A DNA stretch of 27,847 nt from a virus (lineage: Duplodnaviria; Caudoviricetes): positions 1 to 27,847 of IMG/VR virus record IMGVR_UViG_3300009434_000025; one strand, 5' to 3'. The notes beneath the pieces were generated by a model. It did no database searches. It was not told the origin of the DNA and worked only from the letters and a program-made list of their open reading frames with translations. Below, one piece after another: positions 26,299-27,847 of this stretch (the first letter of the stretch is position 1; the number at the start of each line of letters is the position of its first letter). The translations under genes were made by a program, and so were the position numbers.

Positions 26299-26684
26299 TG
26301 AAAGCACATTTTAAGACAGATCTAGAAGCAACAATTTCAGGTTACTTTAATGGTAACAAATTCATTCGTACAGTTACACTATTAGAAGATTTGGTATTCT
26401 ATACAAAGGCAGGTGATTCTATCACTGTTCCTAAGGGTTTTGAGAGTGATGGAGCGAGTGTGCCTAAAGTATTCTGGTCAGCCTTTCCACCATTTGACAC
26501 ATATCTACCTGCCGCGGTCTTACACGATATTCTATGTGTACAAGCTCATGACGATAAGTGTTTATATACCTCTAAGGAAGCAGCTGATATATTCTATGAA
26601 GCAATGCGAGTATGTGGAGTTGGAAGAACTAAAGCACGAACGATGTATTATGCAGTCCGTTACTTCGGACCTAAATGGAAATAA
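26298..26684 (+). CDS. DUF1353-family protein
   Basis: VPKGFESDGASVP, AAVLHDIL, AADIFYEAM, YYAVRYFG; TAATG overlap with regA. Confidence 0.82.
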   Translation: MKAHFKTDLEATISGYFNGNKFIRTVTLLEDLVFYTKAGDSITVPKGFESDGASVPKVFWSAFPPFDTYLPAAVLHDILCVQAHDDKCLYTSKEAADIFYEAMRVCGVGRTKARTMYYAVRYFGPKWK

Positions 26685-26707
26685 ACTAAAATCGAACTTT
26701 AAATTAA

Positions 26708-26715
26708 TATAAATA
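26708..26715 (+). promoter_or_regulatory. T4-type late promoter
   Basis: Exact TATAAATA, 10 nt before ATG 26726. Confidence 0.8.
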
Positions 26716-26725
26716 ACATATATAC

Positions 26726-27664
26726 ATGGCTTGGCAAAATATACCTAATAATCCACGTTGGCAATATGACGACGCTCCACTTGACCCAGGTGGTGCAGAA
26801 ACTGCGCTATGGGCGACTAGCACAAACGGTGTTCGCACAAACGCCGCAGGTGACCAAATCTATGTTAATTGTAGACATAAACTTCTACACTCAACACAAG
26901 ATTCTTTTCCTAATGAAATAAATAAAACATTTTGGATTGGAGTCGAACCTACTGGTATCATTCTCATTGACGAACTTGACGGCACCGCTGAAGGTACGAC
27001 GTTGACCGTAGCGGCCACAGGGCGTGCCGCGCGCGATGTTACTAGCTGGCAAAAAGGCGAGAATAGCGCTTGGAAGCTCGGAGTAGGAAATACATGGCTT
27101 TTTAATACCAGCAATGTAAATGGTAATACAAGTGATGGTGCTATGGTAAAGATTATTAATCTAAGTGGCCACGGATTGTCAACTGAGAACCAACTTCAGA
27201 TCAACATGACTTATAGTGCTTGGGATAATATCTCACCCTATGATGATTCTACAGAGATTGAGGTCTACGTTCATGTATGGGGCTTGGTTGACATAAATTC
27301 GACCGATGCATCCGGTGTCGCAAACTTACTTTCCCAAAACGGAAATATGTGGGCGGCGACCGACTCCCTCGCCGTGTTCGATATTTATAATTTAGGGAAT
27401 GGCACCCAATTTACAACCGGCTTCGCCGATGATGGTGGTAAAGGTGTAGCCGCAATCAAATTAACGCCCACGCAAGACACTGGAACTGCAGCTCTTGCCG
27501 ATGCGGTGGCTTACTCCACTACGATTGATCTCAGCGGATATAGTTTGAACACACTTGCGCAGTATGATTATTTTGTGATCGGCATTGCTAAAAACAGCGA
27601 CAGCGCATCCGACAGACAGTTTGCGATCCACGACATTAAGGCCATTGCTAGCACAGGTGCATAA
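26726..27664 (+). CDS. hypothetical late protein, G/T/N/A/W-rich, possibly virion-exposed
   Basis: 312-aa ORF with its own late promoter and beta-rich composition; no motif recognised. Confidence 0.7.
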   Translation: MAWQNIPNNPRWQYDDAPLDPGGAETALWATSTNGVRTNAAGDQIYVNCRHKLLHSTQDSFPNEINKTFWIGVEPTGIILIDELDGTAEGTTLTVAATGRAARDVTSWQKGENSAWKLGVGNTWLFNTSNVNGNTSDGAMVKIINLSGHGLSTENQLQINMTYSAWDNISPYDDSTEIEVYVHVWGLVDINSTDASGVANLLSQNGNMWAATDSLAVFDIYNLGNGTQFTTGFADDGGKGVAAIKLTPTQDTGTAALADAVAYSTTIDLSGYSLNTLAQYDYFVIGIAKNSDSASDRQFAIHDIKAIASTGA

Positions 27665-27673
27665 GAAGTATAA

Positions 27674-27681
27674 TATAAATA
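27674..27681 (+). promoter_or_regulatory. T4-type late promoter for hsp20
   Basis: Exact TATAAATA. Confidence 0.75.
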
Positions 27682-27685
27682 AACT

Positions 27686-27761
27686 TTTAAGGTAACACGC
27701 TGTTACTTTAAATGAGACGCCCTCGGGGTCTCACAACAACATAACCCTGCCTAATAGGAGG
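27686..27761 (+). promoter_or_regulatory. structured 5' leader, ROSE-like RNA thermometer candidate
   Basis: Three hairpins at 27686-27712, 27713-27733 and 27746-27761; the last pairs CCT-G-CCT with the SD AGGAGG. Confidence 0.55.
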
Positions 27762-27769
27762 AACAATAA

Positions 27770-27847
27770 ATGACACAATACACAATCCCACGTTCGTGGA
27801 CAATTGGTTTTGATTCTATCTTTGATAGACTTGAAAGCACTCAATCA
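27770..27847 (+). CDS. hsp20: small heat-shock protein Hsp20/IbpA, N-terminus (truncated by window edge)
   Basis: MTQYTIPRSWTIGFDSIFDRLESTQS; IGFD..F..L is the IbpA-type N-terminal motif; AGGAGG SD; usual position downstream of regA in marine T4-like phages. Confidence 0.75.
   Translation, partial: MTQYTIPRSWTIGFDSIFDRLESTQS

Noticed and set aside
1-27847. tRNA or rRNA genes
   Set aside because: No intergenic region shows a cloverleaf with T-loop and D-loop motifs

Overview
This is a 27.8-kb segment of an AT-rich T4-like myovirus. Its gene order matches marine T4-like phages (cyanomyovirus/pelagimyovirus type), and all convincing genes are on the + strand. The order is: virion morphogenesis block (gp13-gp14-gp15-gp16-gp17-gp18-gp19-gp20-core-gp21-gp22-gp23-gp3), uvsY, uvsW, late sigma gp55, gp47/gp46, then an early accessory block (small GIY-YIG protein, HExxH/VWA protein, MoxR/CobS-like AAA+ ATPase, DUF5664 dNTP diphosphohydrolase), then gp45, gp44, gp62, regA, DUF1353, an orphan 312-aa protein and the start of hsp20. 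The most striking non-coding signal is three early sigma70 promoters, each preceded by a pair of 25-bp quasi-palindromes (TAA-N4-TTGA-N3-TCAA-N4-TTA). The two copies of each pair start exactly 57 bp apart, and the proximal copy ends exactly 6 bp before the -35 box. All six copies contain an exact IHF consensus (WATCAAN4TTR). Other notable signals are many apparently leaderless genes, a consensus antisense promoter between uvsY and uvsW, a ROSE-like leader on hsp20, and no TGA stop in 32 genes. All family assignments come from recognising motifs and synteny by eye; no searches were run.
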